From a virus (lineage: Duplodnaviria > Caudoviricetes), in the IMG/VR virus record IMGVR_UViG_3300032295_000548, positions 75,447-139,446 of that record: 64,000 nt of DNA. The stretch is one strand, 5' to 3'. Under the pieces are notes generated by a model. It was not told the origin of the DNA. It ran no database searches and was given only the letters and a program-made list of their open reading frames with translations. Shown piece by piece: positions 18,540 to 28,313 of the stretch. The first letter of the stretch is position 1; every line of letters begins with the position of its first letter. Made by a program: the position numbers and the translations under genes.

Positions 18540-18568
18540 TTGACGATAAATGGATTTGGGTATATAAT
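18540..18568 (+). promoter_or_regulatory. Early promoter TTGACG-17-TATAAT
   Basis: Family spacer ATAAATGGATTTGGG. Confidence 0.8.
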
Positions 18569-18600
18569 CATTACATAGACAGTTAACTAAAGGACTCGAA

Positions 18601-18873
18601 ATGTCAGCACTCACAGAATACACCCTGGAAATCTACAAATCAGACAAGCGTACCAAAGAAGGTAAACGATTGATTGCCAAGCAAGATTTTGCTCCTAGTA
18701 CTAAAGACTACATTAATGCTGTTGTCGAAGGTAAGCGTCGGTTGGGCTTGATTGTTGAAGTTTTTGAGACTTATGTTACCCGTAAAAACTCAATGTCAGG
18801 TCGTGACTTCCAAGAGCGTTACGACACCCCTTATTTCTGTTCTCCTTCTAGCGAATCGTATTGGAGCATGTAA
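18601..18873 (+). CDS. Hypothetical early protein
   Basis: SD AAGGA; C-terminal TPYFCSPSSESYWSM. Confidence 0.75.
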   Translation: MSALTEYTLEIYKSDKRTKEGKRLIAKQDFAPSTKDYINAVVEGKRRLGLIVEVFETYVTRKNSMSGRDFQERYDTPYFCSPSSESYWSM

Positions 18874-18875
18874 TC

Positions 18876-19184
18876 ATGGCACTCACACCATTGACCGAAC
18901 GCCAAAAGGCATTGATTGTTTCTAACCTTGTTAAGGCATGTCGCAATATTGACAACCTGAACAAGACTGGTTACAAGTACATCAATCTTTGCAGTGGTTT
19001 CATTGCACACTATGACCTGTATGGTTTCATTTCAGCATACAGTGAACCTAATTCTCTCAAGCGTGATATCATCTCCTATGCTGGTCAGAATCAATGGCGC
19101 AACTTTCGCCCAGGCGAATGTGACTACGACTATTACATGAGCAAGGCTGATGTGTACAATCGTATTGTTGCCCAAATCATCTAA
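18876..19184 (+). CDS. Hypothetical early protein
   Basis: ORF with GGAG upstream of ATG18876. Confidence 0.7.
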   Translation: MALTPLTERQKALIVSNLVKACRNIDNLNKTGYKYINLCSGFIAHYDLYGFISAYSEPNSLKRDIISYAGQNQWRNFRPGECDYDYYMSKADVYNRIVAQII

Positions 19185-19190
19185 ATAAAT

Positions 19191-19219
19191 TTGACGGTAA
19201 TTCAAATCTCTGTTAAACT
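19191..19219 (+). promoter_or_regulatory. Promoter TTGACG-17-TAAACT
   Basis: 17-nt spacing, intergenic. Confidence 0.6.
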
Positions 19220-19261
19220 ACAGTTTCTTTCTTTTAACACACTTTCTTTATAGGATAACAC

Positions 19262-20362
19262 ATGTCTAAAGTTTCTGACAATCTCACAATCACTAGCGTT
19301 CAAGCCCGCAAGGCTGTTCTCAAAGCTTTTCAAGCAAAGCGCCCTGTTTTCTTGTGGGGCCCTCCCGGCATCGGCAAGTCTGAGGTTGTTCAAGAAATTT
19401 CCGATGAACTCGGTGGTTTCGTTATTGACTTGCGTATGGCGCAAATGGAGCCTACTGATATTCGAGGCATCCCTTACTTCAACAAAGATATCAACAAGAT
19501 GGATTGGGCCGCACCCGTCGATTTGCCCGATGAAGAATTCGCAAGTCAATACCCCGTTGTTGTTCTGTTCCTCGATGAAATGAACTCTGCACCTCCTGCT
19601 GTGCAAGCGGCTGGTTATCAACTTATTCTGAACCGTCGTGTAGGTAAGTATAAACTCCCTGACAATGTTGTTATCGTTGCGGCAGGTAACCGTGATAGTG
19701 ACAAAGGTGTGACATATCGCATGCCAATGCCCCTCGCTAATCGTTTCTTGCACTTGGAAATGCGAGCCGACTTTACTGCATGGCAGAACTGGGCTGTTGA
19801 CAAAGGCATTCATAAGGACGTGGTTGGTTATTTGTCTTTTGCAAAACAAGACTTGTACGAATTTGATTCTAAGTCTGCATCACGTGCGTTTGCTACTCCT
19901 CGCTCTTGGGTATTCGTGTCTGACTTGTTGAAAGACGAGGACGTTGACACTGACACATTGTTCAACTTGGTTGCAGGTGCTGTTGGTGAAGGTCTTGCTG
20001 TTAAGTTTATGGCCCACCGCAAAGTTGCAGGTCGTATGCCAGAACCCTCTGACATTCTTTCTGGTAAGGTCAAGGACCTCTCTGTCAAAGAAATCTCGGC
20101 TATGTACTCACTGACTGTTTCTATGTGCTACGAATTGCGTGATGCACTTGAGAACAAGAAGGTGAACAACAAAGAATTTCATGAAATGGCAAAGAACTTC
20201 TTTGAGTACATCATGAAGAACTTTGAAACTGAATTGGTAGTTATGGGTGCTAAGATTGCACTCAAGACTTACAAACTTCCAATCGAACCCAGCTTGCTTG
20301 GTACTTCGTTTGACGAATTTCACAAGAAGTACGGTAAGTACATTGTGGAAGCTGGCAACTGA
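19262..20362 (+). CDS. MoxR-like AAA+ ATPase
   Basis: Walker A GPPGIGKS, Walker B LFLDE, AAGN sensor, PLANRF Arg finger, ATPRSW. Confidence 0.9.
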   Translation: MSKVSDNLTITSVQARKAVLKAFQAKRPVFLWGPPGIGKSEVVQEISDELGGFVIDLRMAQMEPTDIRGIPYFNKDINKMDWAAPVDLPDEEFASQYPVVVLFLDEMNSAPPAVQAAGYQLILNRRVGKYKLPDNVVIVAAGNRDSDKGVTYRMPMPLANRFLHLEMRADFTAWQNWAVDKGIHKDVVGYLSFAKQDLYEFDSKSASRAFATPRSWVFVSDLLKDEDVDTDTLFNLVAGAVGEGLAVKFMAHRKVAGRMPEPSDILSGKVKDLSVKEISAMYSLTVSMCYELRDALENKKVNNKEFHEMAKNFFEYIMKNFETELVVMGAKIALKTYKLPIEPSLLGTSFDEFHKKYGKYIVEAGN

Positions 20363-20408
20363 TCCTAAGAGACAGTTGTTTACTCCCGGGGTAGAAATAC
20401 CCTGTTAC

Positions 20409-20437
20409 AGGGTGGGAGTAACATCTCACCCTTTTTT
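20409..20437 (+). terminator. Intrinsic terminator with a competing upstream pairing
   Basis: AGGGTGGGA-GTAACA-TCTCACCCT followed by TTTTT. Confidence 0.7.
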
Positions 20438-20450
20438 ATAAGGTAATGTT

Positions 20451-20603
20451 ATGAGTGGTAAAAAGTATTTTTACGCATTGGGTCAAAGTGCCCGAGCACG
20501 TGGATTGACAAAGGATCAAGGTATTGAATTGTACAAACTTCAATCTGCCCTACCTTTTGCTCTCATTGCATTTGATGCAGGATATCGAGGAATGTCACTA
20601 TGA
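20451..20603 (+). CDS. 50-aa hypothetical protein, weakly RMF-like
   Basis: Read from the sequence; AAGGT SD; ATGA overlap with the next gene. Confidence 0.6.
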   Translation: MSGKKYFYALGQSARARGLTKDQGIELYKLQSALPFALIAFDAGYRGMSL

Positions 20604-20848
20604 CTGAAAAGAAGAAACCCGAAATTGTTTTTGCCCCAGGATGCTTTGATAATTTTGATGGCACCCAAGAAGAACTTGATGAATTGGTTGCAGAAATTAA
20701 CCGTTTAGTTGACTCCGGTGACATTTTTAAAAAATCAAAACCACTCGATCCGGATACATTAGATGATGAAGAATTGGAAATGCTCTCCGATATCTTAAAT
20801 GCATTAGAAGATGGTGAGGACCAACCTCCTGGTCGCTTGCTCAACTGA
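20600..20848 (+). CDS. Acidic hypothetical protein
   Basis: 82-aa ORF, FAPGCFDNFDGTQEELDEL. Confidence 0.7.
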   Translation: MTEKKKPEIVFAPGCFDNFDGTQEELDELVAEINRLVDSGDIFKKSKPLDPDTLDDEELEMLSDILNALEDGEDQPPGRLLN

Positions 20849-20850
20849 GG

Positions 20851-20879
20851 TTGACAGTAATTCCGTTTCCTGCTATAAT
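20851..20879 (+). promoter_or_regulatory. Early promoter TTGACA-17-TATAAT with extended -10 TG
   Basis: Perfect consensus. Confidence 0.85.
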
Positions 20880-20904
20880 AAAACATAAACACTAAAGGAC
20901 CATT

Positions 20905-22188
20905 ATGAGTGAAGTTATTGACAAGCGCAAAACTAAAAAGCACAATGACAAGTTTGATAAACTTGTCGGCCCTACTGACCCTAAAGTAGATCATCAAGCA
21001 CGTGAGCGACTGGTTACTGCACGTATCGGTTTACTATTGCGTCATTCATTCTTTGGTAATTTGGCTACTCGCCTGACTCTTATCAATGCCGATGACTGGT
21101 GCAGTACAGCGGCTACTGACGGTCTCAAATTCTATTACAACTCCCGCTTCATTATGATGTTGCGCCCTAAAGAGGTTGAGTTCCTCGTGGCGCACGAAGT
21201 CCTGCACGTTGTCTACGATCACATGGGCCGTCGTGGTACACGTGACCCGCAAATGTTTAACATTGCAAATGACTATGCAGTCAATGCTGACTTGAAGCGA
21301 CACAAAGTTGGTGAATTCATCAAGACTGTACCTTGCTTGTATGAACAAAAGTATGATGGCAAATCGTCTGAGGAAATCTATGATGACCTCATGAAGAATA
21401 TTCAAAAGATTGATATCAATAGCCTCATCGATCAAATGATTGACGATCACCTCGACGGTGATGGTGATGGTGAAGGTGAATCAGATGGTGACGGTAACAA
21501 AGAGGGCAAAGGTAAGCGCCCGCAAATGTCTACTGAAGAACGTGAACGTGCCCGTCAAGAAATCAAACAAGCGATTCTCAATGCCGCGCAAGCTGCCGAA
21601 GCAGGTACATTGCCCAAAGGTGTTGAGCGTTTGATTCGTAGCGTTACTGATCCAGTTATGCCCTGGCGTGAACTGATTCAAACAAACTTGACTAGCGCAA
21701 TTCGTACTGACTTCTCTTGGATGCGCCCTTCACGTAGAGGTTGGCACATGGATGCTATCATGCCCGGCATGACTCCAGGTGAAGAAATCGATGTTGTCGT
21801 TGCTATTGACATGTCAGGTTCTATCTCTAACAAACAAGCACAAGCTTTCTTGGGTGAGATTGGTGGCATGATGGATGCGTTTGATGGCTACAAGGTTCAC
21901 GTATTCTGTTTCGATACTGAAATCTACAACCCTGCTGACTTCACTAGCGAGAATCTTGATTCAATCGATGGATATGAGCCTCAAGGTGGTGGTGGCACTG
22001 ACTTTGATGCTATCTTTGAATACTTAAAACAAGTTGGCAATGTGCCCAAGCGACTGATTGTTTTCACTGACGGTTACCCTTGCGGTTCTTGGGGTGACGC
22101 TGATTACTGCGACACTACATGGATTATTCACGGTGACCCTAACCCGAATCCCCCATTCGGTACTTACGCATTGTATGATGACAAGTGA
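20905..22188 (+). CDS. Metallopeptidase-VWA domain protein (DUF2201-like), MoxR partner
   Basis: TAATDG, AHEVLH, MIDAS DMSGS, GGGGTDF, VFTDG. Confidence 0.88.
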   Translation: MSEVIDKRKTKKHNDKFDKLVGPTDPKVDHQARERLVTARIGLLLRHSFFGNLATRLTLINADDWCSTAATDGLKFYYNSRFIMMLRPKEVEFLVAHEVLHVVYDHMGRRGTRDPQMFNIANDYAVNADLKRHKVGEFIKTVPCLYEQKYDGKSSEEIYDDLMKNIQKIDINSLIDQMIDDHLDGDGDGEGESDGDGNKEGKGKRPQMSTEERERARQEIKQAILNAAQAAEAGTLPKGVERLIRSVTDPVMPWRELIQTNLTSAIRTDFSWMRPSRRGWHMDAIMPGMTPGEEIDVVVAIDMSGSISNKQAQAFLGEIGGMMDAFDGYKVHVFCFDTEIYNPADFTSENLDSIDGYEPQGGGGTDFDAIFEYLKQVGNVPKRLIVFTDGYPCGSWGDADYCDTTWIIHGDPNPNPPFGTYALYDDK

Positions 22189-22417
22189 AAAGTTAGTTTA
22201 TGAATCTCCTGATGGAGGTAAGACGGTCTATGCAAGAAAGCATGGATCGTCTGAGCGTGAATTGCATTGGGTAGATCCTGTTTGGAAACGGGAACAAGAA
22301 ATAACAGAAAGATGGATGAAGCTTAAAGCCGCAGTGTTTATGGCCGATTCGGATAAAACACTAGATGATGCTATCTCTAAGTTAGAAATGTTGTATGAAC
22401 TTAAACGAAATCAATGA
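22175..22417 (+). CDS. Hypothetical protein (YESPDGGKTVY motif)
   Basis: ATG22175 overlaps the VWA gene end and is preferred to 22058. Confidence 0.65.
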   Translation: MMTSEKLVYESPDGGKTVYARKHGSSERELHWVDPVWKREQEITERWMKLKAAVFMADSDKTLDDAISKLEMLYELKRNQ

Positions 22418-22649
22418 ACTAAAACCCGAAGTTTGGTATATCAATAGACAGTTGAGTTTTAAACCAACCCATTTTGTTACTGCTAGAACACCATTGACTG
22501 ATAAATCAGCAGAATGGATTATCAATAGTTTGGTTGGTAGATTTACCTTTGTGGGACACGATGACATTGATGACAATCTTGAATATGTTAGATTACCTTC
22601 ATTTGAGGATTCGGCAGAAGCTGTACTCTATGAATTGAAATGGTCGTAA
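22395..22649 (+). CDS. Small protein of the F..E.DA..F.L.W family
   Basis: Ends FEDSAEAVLYELKWS. Confidence 0.65.
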   Translation: MNLNEINELKPEVWYINRQLSFKPTHFVTARTPLTDKSAEWIINSLVGRFTFVGHDDIDDNLEYVRLPSFEDSAEAVLYELKWS

Positions 22650-22705
22650 GATTTATTTTCAATGCTAAAACACTTATTAAATAAGAATACTTAAGGAGAA
22701 ATACT

Positions 22706-23425
22706 ATGAGTTTTACAAGACACGTAGGTAAACACGGTGACCGTAAAGTCGCTATCATTTTTAGAGAAGTACCGGGTGAGCCACACATGTGCTTGGTTAC
22801 ATACACCGAAACTCTAAATCAACACGTTCATGACCCAATGATGAAATGCATTGAAAGTGACATTGGACAATCAAGCGAGAACCTTGCTGATGCATTGAAT
22901 CGTATGCATACAAGAGATGGTCGCCCAATCTTGCAAGTACTTCATAACGAAGGTCAGTTAAAGAAAGTCAATACCGAATTGGTCTTGATGACTCCTCAAC
23001 CTAATACAAGAATTAAGTTGAGTGAATTGAACAAAATTCTTAATGAAATGAAACAAGGCGAGAATGCAGTTAAGCGTTTAGCTGAATTGGATTCAAGTCG
23101 CGGTTTGCAAGATCCAGCTGATGTAGCACGTAGAATGCGTGGTAATAATATGCCACAACAATTGCAAGAAAATCGTGCCTCACAGCCATCTGCACAAAGT
23201 GCCCAGGGTCTATTAGGTGACAACGAAATTGCAAATAATTTGCGTCAACAAGCGCAAAAGATGGATGCAGAGGCTAAAGGACTAATAGCAGAATCTCAAC
23301 GTTTGATGAAAGAAGCCGCACAGATAGATGGTGTTGTTCCTGAAACAATGTCAACTGCTTCTATTTCTGCGACACCTGCAAAGCGTGGCCGTGGTAGACC
23401 AGCAAAGGCAAAAGTAGTAGCGTAA
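22706..23425 (+). CDS. Coiled-coil protein with a C-terminal AT-hook-like motif
   Basis: SD AAGGAG; TAAATA at 22678; KRGRGRPAK. Confidence 0.75.
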   Translation: MSFTRHVGKHGDRKVAIIFREVPGEPHMCLVTYTETLNQHVHDPMMKCIESDIGQSSENLADALNRMHTRDGRPILQVLHNEGQLKKVNTELVLMTPQPNTRIKLSELNKILNEMKQGENAVKRLAELDSSRGLQDPADVARRMRGNNMPQQLQENRASQPSAQSAQGLLGDNEIANNLRQQAQKMDAEAKGLIAESQRLMKEAAQIDGVVPETMSTASISATPAKRGRGRPAKAKVVA

Positions 23426-23432
23426 GATATTC

Positions 23433-23729
23433 ATGTCACCTGAGTTCATCAAGAAATGGGAACATATCCTAGAAGATGTTGAGAAACAAAAGATACCTGT
23501 ACAGTTTATTAAAAAAATAATTGTAAAGCTTGAAGGTAAGCGTCAGCAAACCATCAATATCGAAAAGTTTCTCAGTCAAGGATTAGATCCAGACCAAATA
23601 GAAGAAGCAGTTGGAAGAAAACTGCACGAACTTGACGATCAAATTTCTACAGTGGAGTTTGTTCTAAATGTTCAGAACATTGCTGATACTGTTCAGCCGG
23701 AGACTGATAGACTACTAGGAAGATTATGA
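23433..23729 (+). CDS. Hypothetical protein
   Basis: 98 aa; ATGA-coupled to DHFR. Confidence 0.7.
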   Translation: MSPEFIKKWEHILEDVEKQKIPVQFIKKIIVKLEGKRQQTINIEKFLSQGLDPDQIEEAVGRKLHELDDQISTVEFVLNVQNIADTVQPETDRLLGRL

Positions 23730-24178
23730 AACTGATCGTAGCATGTGACCCTAAAGGTGGGATAGGCTACAACAACAAATTGCCCTGGAGTAAAATCGAG
23801 GGCGATTTGCCAAGATTCAAGGAACTAACAACAGATAAAAATGTTGTTATGGGAAAAAGAACTTGGGAAAGCCTACCAATCAAACCATTACCAAACAGAC
23901 ATAACTATGTTATGTCTAAAGTTTCCATACCCGGAGCAGTTACAATGGGTGATGTAAAATTACTACCTAACACTGCAGGCAATGATGCATGGATAATAGG
24001 TGGAGGCAACGTGATTCAACAATGTTGGGATATGATAGATGAAATACATCTTACTAAAACATTTGCCGAATACACTTGTGATACATTCATCGATCTAGTA
24101 AAATTAGAAAAAGAATTTATGTGTTGGTTTAAAGAGCAACACGTTGACCACTCATACGAGATTTGGAAAAGAAAATGA
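23726..24178 (+). CDS. folA: Dihydrofolate reductase
   Basis: IGYNNKLPW, DLPRFK, VVMGKRTWESLP..PLPNR, IIGGG. Confidence 0.95.
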   Translation: MKLIVACDPKGGIGYNNKLPWSKIEGDLPRFKELTTDKNVVMGKRTWESLPIKPLPNRHNYVMSKVSIPGAVTMGDVKLLPNTAGNDAWIIGGGNVIQQCWDMIDEIHLTKTFAEYTCDTFIDLVKLEKEFMCWFKEQHVDHSYEIWKRK

Positions 24179-25074
24179 AACAGTATCACGATTTACTACA
24201 AGACATTTTAGATAACGGAGAAATTAAAGATGATAGAACTGGTATTGGTACCCATAGTGTGTTTGGCCGTAATCTTCGCTTTGATTTGCGTAGAGGCTTT
24301 CCCGCTATCACTACTAAAAAGCTTGCATGGAAAGCTTGTGTCGGTGAACTTCTCTGGTTCATTGAAGGCTCTAGTGATGAACGTAGACTGGCAGAACTCA
24401 CCCATGGTACTGCCGAAGGCAAAGTCACAATCTGGACGCCTAATGCGCTTGCGCCGTATTGGAAACCAAAAGCGAAGTTTGAGGGAGACTTGGGTAGAGT
24501 CTATGGTGTGCAGTGGCGCCACTGGAATAAAGACACCGTTGAGAAAGACATGGGCCCGGCGCACAAAGGTGGCACACGCCTCGCGGTGGATAGGACGGAA
24601 GTCGACCAACTAACCAACTTGTTAGAAGGATTAGTCAAAGATCCTAATGGTCGCAGACACATTCTCAGTGCATGGAACGTGAGTGAGTTAGATCAAATGG
24701 CATTGCCACCTTGCCACGTTATGAGTCAATTCTATGTGAATAAGAATAAAGAATTATCTTGTCATATGTACCAACGTAGTGTTGATGTGTTCTTGGGTCT
24801 ACCGTTCAACATTGCTAGTTATGCATTGCTCACTCATTTGATTGCACATCATTGTGGATTGAAAGTAGGTGAGTTGATTATTAGTACAGGTGATACTCAC
24901 ATCTATAAGGATCACGTTGAGCAAGTCAAAGAACAATTGTCACGCACTGAATTTCCCGCACCATTGTTGATGTTGAATTCTCAGAAGAATAACATTTTTG
25001 AAATGACAATGCAAGACATTCACTTAGAGAATTATCAGAGTCACGATCAAATTAAAGCGAGTATGGCAGTATGA
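24175..25074 (+). CDS. thyA: Thymidylate synthase
   Basis: DRTGIGT, ELLWFIEG, MALPPCH, YQRSVDVFLGLPFNIASY, GDTHIY. Confidence 0.97.
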   Translation: MKQYHDLLQDILDNGEIKDDRTGIGTHSVFGRNLRFDLRRGFPAITTKKLAWKACVGELLWFIEGSSDERRLAELTHGTAEGKVTIWTPNALAPYWKPKAKFEGDLGRVYGVQWRHWNKDTVEKDMGPAHKGGTRLAVDRTEVDQLTNLLEGLVKDPNGRRHILSAWNVSELDQMALPPCHVMSQFYVNKNKELSCHMYQRSVDVFLGLPFNIASYALLTHLIAHHCGLKVGELIISTGDTHIYKDHVEQVKEQLSRTEFPAPLLMLNSQKNNIFEMTMQDIHLENYQSHDQIKASMAV

Positions 25075-25313
25075 AACAAAGTGTAATAGTTCACTCTTTC
25101 AGGATGAGTGATGTAGAAGATCCTGATCTATGGGCCGGGCAGTCATTGTATGAGTGGGAACACAGTGAGTCAGGTCAATGGATTATGAAGAACAGTATAG
25201 AACAGCCTTCATGGCACAGACACCTAGATCCTAGTACATATGGTTATATCTATACAATCAGAGCCCATCTCACTGACAAAGCATATACGTATTGGAAATT
25301 AAAATATGAGTAA
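25071..25313 (+). CDS. Small hypothetical protein, distant member of the ...L.W family
   Basis: DVEDPDLWA...GQWIM...TYWKLKY; coupled on both sides. Confidence 0.7.
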   Translation: MKQSVIVHSFRMSDVEDPDLWAGQSLYEWEHSESGQWIMKNSIEQPSWHRHLDPSTYGYIYTIRAHLTDKAYTYWKLKYE

Positions 25314-26277
25314 AATTTTAGTAACAGGCGGTTTAGGATTGATAGGACATCATGTCGTATCTAAACTTGAGAAGTTAGGACATGATGTTATCATCTTTGA
25401 CACGCAAACAAATTATGGAATCATTCCTCAATCAGAAATAGACTACCTCATCTCTGAACGAAAGAAAAAAATCAAGACAACTCAAATATACAAGTATGAT
25501 ATTTGTGCGTCTAACGGAAACATCGAATGGATGTTTAAGGCTCATAAATTTGATACTGTCATTCACATGGCTAGCTTTCCTAGACAGAAAGTAGTTAACG
25601 CAAACCCACAATGGGGTAGTCGTGTAATGAGCGAAGGCTTGCTTAACTTATGCGAGTTGAGCAAACAAAACAATGTAAAGAAATTTGTATACATCAGTTC
25701 AAGTATGGTTTATGGTGACTTTACTGATGATGTGACAGAAGATTATAACTGCAAACCACAAGGACAATATGGAATACTCAAACTCACCGGGGAACACTTG
25801 GTTAAAGATTACACTCGCAGAGGCTATTTTAATCATGTTATTATTCGGCCAAGTGCTGTATACGGCCCACTTGATGTGGAGGATAGAGTCATTGCAAAAT
25901 TCATGCTCACAGCAATGCGTGATGGAACTCTTAAGGTTAATGGAGCAGGTGAAACCCTCGACTTCACCTATGTCGAAGATGCCGCAGATGGAATCGTTGC
26001 CGCCAGTTTAAGTTCTAATACCGACAATAAGACATATAACATTACTAAATCCCACAGTAGAAGTCTGCTTGATGCGGCACAACTAGCTGTGAAGATTGTC
26101 GGTAAAGGTACAATAGAAGTTAGAGATAAAGATGCAGACTTCCCTAGTCGCGGCGCATTGAACATAGATGCCGCACGTAAAGATTTTGGTTATGATCCTA
26201 AAGTTGATGTGGAAGAAGGATTTCAAAAATACTATGAGTGGTTGAGTACTAGCAAATATTGGCAATCTAAAATATGA
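25306..26277 (+). CDS. NAD-dependent NDP-sugar epimerase/dehydratase
   Basis: VTGGLGLIG, SSSMVYG, YGILK (YxxxK), DFTYVED. Confidence 0.92.
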   Translation: MSKILVTGGLGLIGHHVVSKLEKLGHDVIIFDTQTNYGIIPQSEIDYLISERKKKIKTTQIYKYDICASNGNIEWMFKAHKFDTVIHMASFPRQKVVNANPQWGSRVMSEGLLNLCELSKQNNVKKFVYISSSMVYGDFTDDVTEDYNCKPQGQYGILKLTGEHLVKDYTRRGYFNHVIIRPSAVYGPLDVEDRVIAKFMLTAMRDGTLKVNGAGETLDFTYVEDAADGIVAASLSSNTDNKTYNITKSHSRSLLDAAQLAVKIVGKGTIEVRDKDADFPSRGALNIDAARKDFGYDPKVDVEEGFQKYYEWLSTSKYWQSKI

Positions 26278-27329
26278 AAATACCGCACTTTGGTCTAGCA
26301 AGACAATATGCTAATCTAAAGGATGAGTTGCTTGATGCAACTCACCGTGCATTAAAGGATGGCTACCTAGTAGGTGGTCATTACACTCGTTCATTTGAAG
26401 AATGGTTGAAACACAAGACACAAACTAAATATGCCATCACTGTTCATTCAGGAACACAAGCACTTGAAATCATTGCTAGATATAAAAAGATAAAGCATGA
26501 AAGTGTGATGGCTGGCAATCCTAAGATTCGTATACCTAATCTTACTTATCCTGCAACACTTAACGCATTCTTGACTGCAGGTTGGGATGTTGAACTCGGT
26601 GATACTGACAAATATGGTGTAATGTCACGTGGTAAAGAAGCAGGCGTATATGATTGTCTTATGGGATTTGCAGGTCGCAGACCATGGCCAGAAGCAAGAT
26701 ATGAGGAAAGCCACGGTGTCATTGTTGATGGAGCACAGCATTGGTTAGAATGCGGTGGCAATGTTGGTAGTGGGATGTCCATCAGCTTTGATCCTACAAA
26801 GAATTTACCTGCTAGTGGTAACGGTGGTGCTATTGTAACCAATGATGAACAATTGTATCTGTACGCAGTGAAGTATAGAGACAATAATAAGCCCTATTTC
26901 CACGATGTGGGCACCAACAGTAAAATGAGTGAACAAGATTGTGCTCAGATTATGGTTCGTGCAAAGCATATTGATGAATGGCAATTGCGTAGAAAACAAA
27001 TTGCTAGTCATTGGTGTGAGGCATTTGAAGATTTGCCAGTAGAATGCCTTAGCGATACTAGATCACCGCATGCTCATCAAAAGTTTGTGATGTATATGCC
27101 TGATAGAAATTCTTTGCATACACATATGTTGTTATCTGGTGTAGATACTAAGATTCATTATGAATACACACTAGGAGATTTACCTAGTAGTAAAGGTTTA
27201 ACAAAACCTGATATGTTGGGTATAAGTGTAATGTTGAGTAAGGGTGTAATCAGTCTGCCACTCTATCCCGAGTTGACAGATAACGAAGTTGAGTTTATTA
27301 CTGAGAAAGTATTGGAATACTTTTCTTGA
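26274..27329 (+). CDS. DegT/DnrJ/EryC1/StrS NDP-sugar aminotransferase
   Basis: SGTQAL, VDGAQ, SFDPTKNL, GNGGA, SLPLYPEL. Confidence 0.92.
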   Translation: MKIPHFGLARQYANLKDELLDATHRALKDGYLVGGHYTRSFEEWLKHKTQTKYAITVHSGTQALEIIARYKKIKHESVMAGNPKIRIPNLTYPATLNAFLTAGWDVELGDTDKYGVMSRGKEAGVYDCLMGFAGRRPWPEARYEESHGVIVDGAQHWLECGGNVGSGMSISFDPTKNLPASGNGGAIVTNDEQLYLYAVKYRDNNKPYFHDVGTNSKMSEQDCAQIMVRAKHIDEWQLRRKQIASHWCEAFEDLPVECLSDTRSPHAHQKFVMYMPDRNSLHTHMLLSGVDTKIHYEYTLGDLPSSKGLTKPDMLGISVMLSKGVISLPLYPELTDNEVEFITEKVLEYFS

Positions 27330-28284
27330 GTAAAGGTGATCTTTTAGATTCTAATATGTCTGTACCACATGTGCATGTCATGAAGGGGCATTTAGTTGAT
27401 TCAGTTACTGGCACAAAATCATCGTAAACTGTGTACATCAAATTACCTATTTGACAGATTGCTTTATACACTCTGTCACTGTATATAACAATTCTATCTT
27501 TCCCTATATCACAGTCCCAAAATAAGAATCTATTTTGTCCTCTCGCTAAAAATTCTTGAGGATCATGTATATTTTCTATCGATCCATCGTGATATTTGGT
27601 TTGAACGTATAGATTGTAGTCTTGATTGTAAGTTCCTTGTTTACCTTGACGTTTACCTGATATTACTCTGTTCTCTATAAATTTTTCAGTTTGGTCTACC
27701 GTGTAGTTGTTTAGTATAGGACCATGAATCTTTTTTAAGTGACAATCTATCCCCACTCTGTCACTAATATAATGTAAACAAGATAATGTATCATCAAAAT
27801 CGTCATGCGTACAAGTAAAGAATACCAGTCCCTGTATATTGGTGTTATGTAGACTATTGACCGATCCTACAAAATCATCAATATTCTTTACTTGAGATTG
27901 ATGGTATGTAAACATGATGAAATCTATTACTGGTTCACGTACAAAATTCTCCCACCATTTTACAGTCCTGCTACCATTGGTAAACATTCTAATCTGATGG
28001 TTTTTGTTCTTAGATTTTATGTAGCTGAACAACTCATAAAGATTTGGATACAATGTAGGCTCCCCACCGGTAAAAGTAAATTGTATTCTTTCCCCGTTGA
28101 ATAGCTTGCACAGCTTATCTACCACTTGTTTATTTGTATCAATATCTAAGTGTTTTTCATCACCTGCTTTAGACTCATCAGTGCAATAAGCACAGTCATA
28201 ATTACAAGTATTACTCAGCCTCCATTCCACTTTTTTAAAGGGTTCGGGCATCGTTTTCTCTAATTGTACTATAAGCTTTCTCAT
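27298..28284 (-). CDS. Radical SAM protein
   Basis: CNYDCAYC (CxxxCxxC), TGGEPT, TNGS, C-terminal Cys cluster. Confidence 0.9.
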   Translation of the reverse strand: MRKLIVQLEKTMPEPFKKVEWRLSNTCNYDCAYCTDESKAGDEKHLDIDTNKQVVDKLCKLFNGERIQFTFTGGEPTLYPNLYELFSYIKSKNKNHQIRMFTNGSRTVKWWENFVREPVIDFIMFTYHQSQVKNIDDFVGSVNSLHNTNIQGLVFFTCTHDDFDDTLSCLHYISDRVGIDCHLKKIHGPILNNYTVDQTEKFIENRVISGKRQGKQGTYNQDYNLYVQTKYHDGSIENIHDPQEFLARGQNRFLFWDCDIGKDRIVIYSDRVYKAICQIGNLMYTVYDDFVPVTESTKCPFMTCTCGTDILESKRSPLLKKSIPILSQ

Positions 28285-28290
28285 TAAAAA

Positions 28291-28308
28291 TATTTATCGG
28301 GCTAAATA
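28291..28308. promoter_or_regulatory. Back-to-back late-type TAAATA boxes
   Basis: TATTTA 28291-96 lies 6 nt from the minus-strand ATG; TAAATA 28303-08 lies 5 nt from the plus-strand ATG. Confidence 0.6.
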
Positions 28309-28313
28309 ACTGT

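Noticed and set aside
19202-19849. 215-aa minus-strand ORF
   Set aside because: Antisense shadow of the strongly codon-biased AAA ATPase gene; no RBS, promoter or motifs
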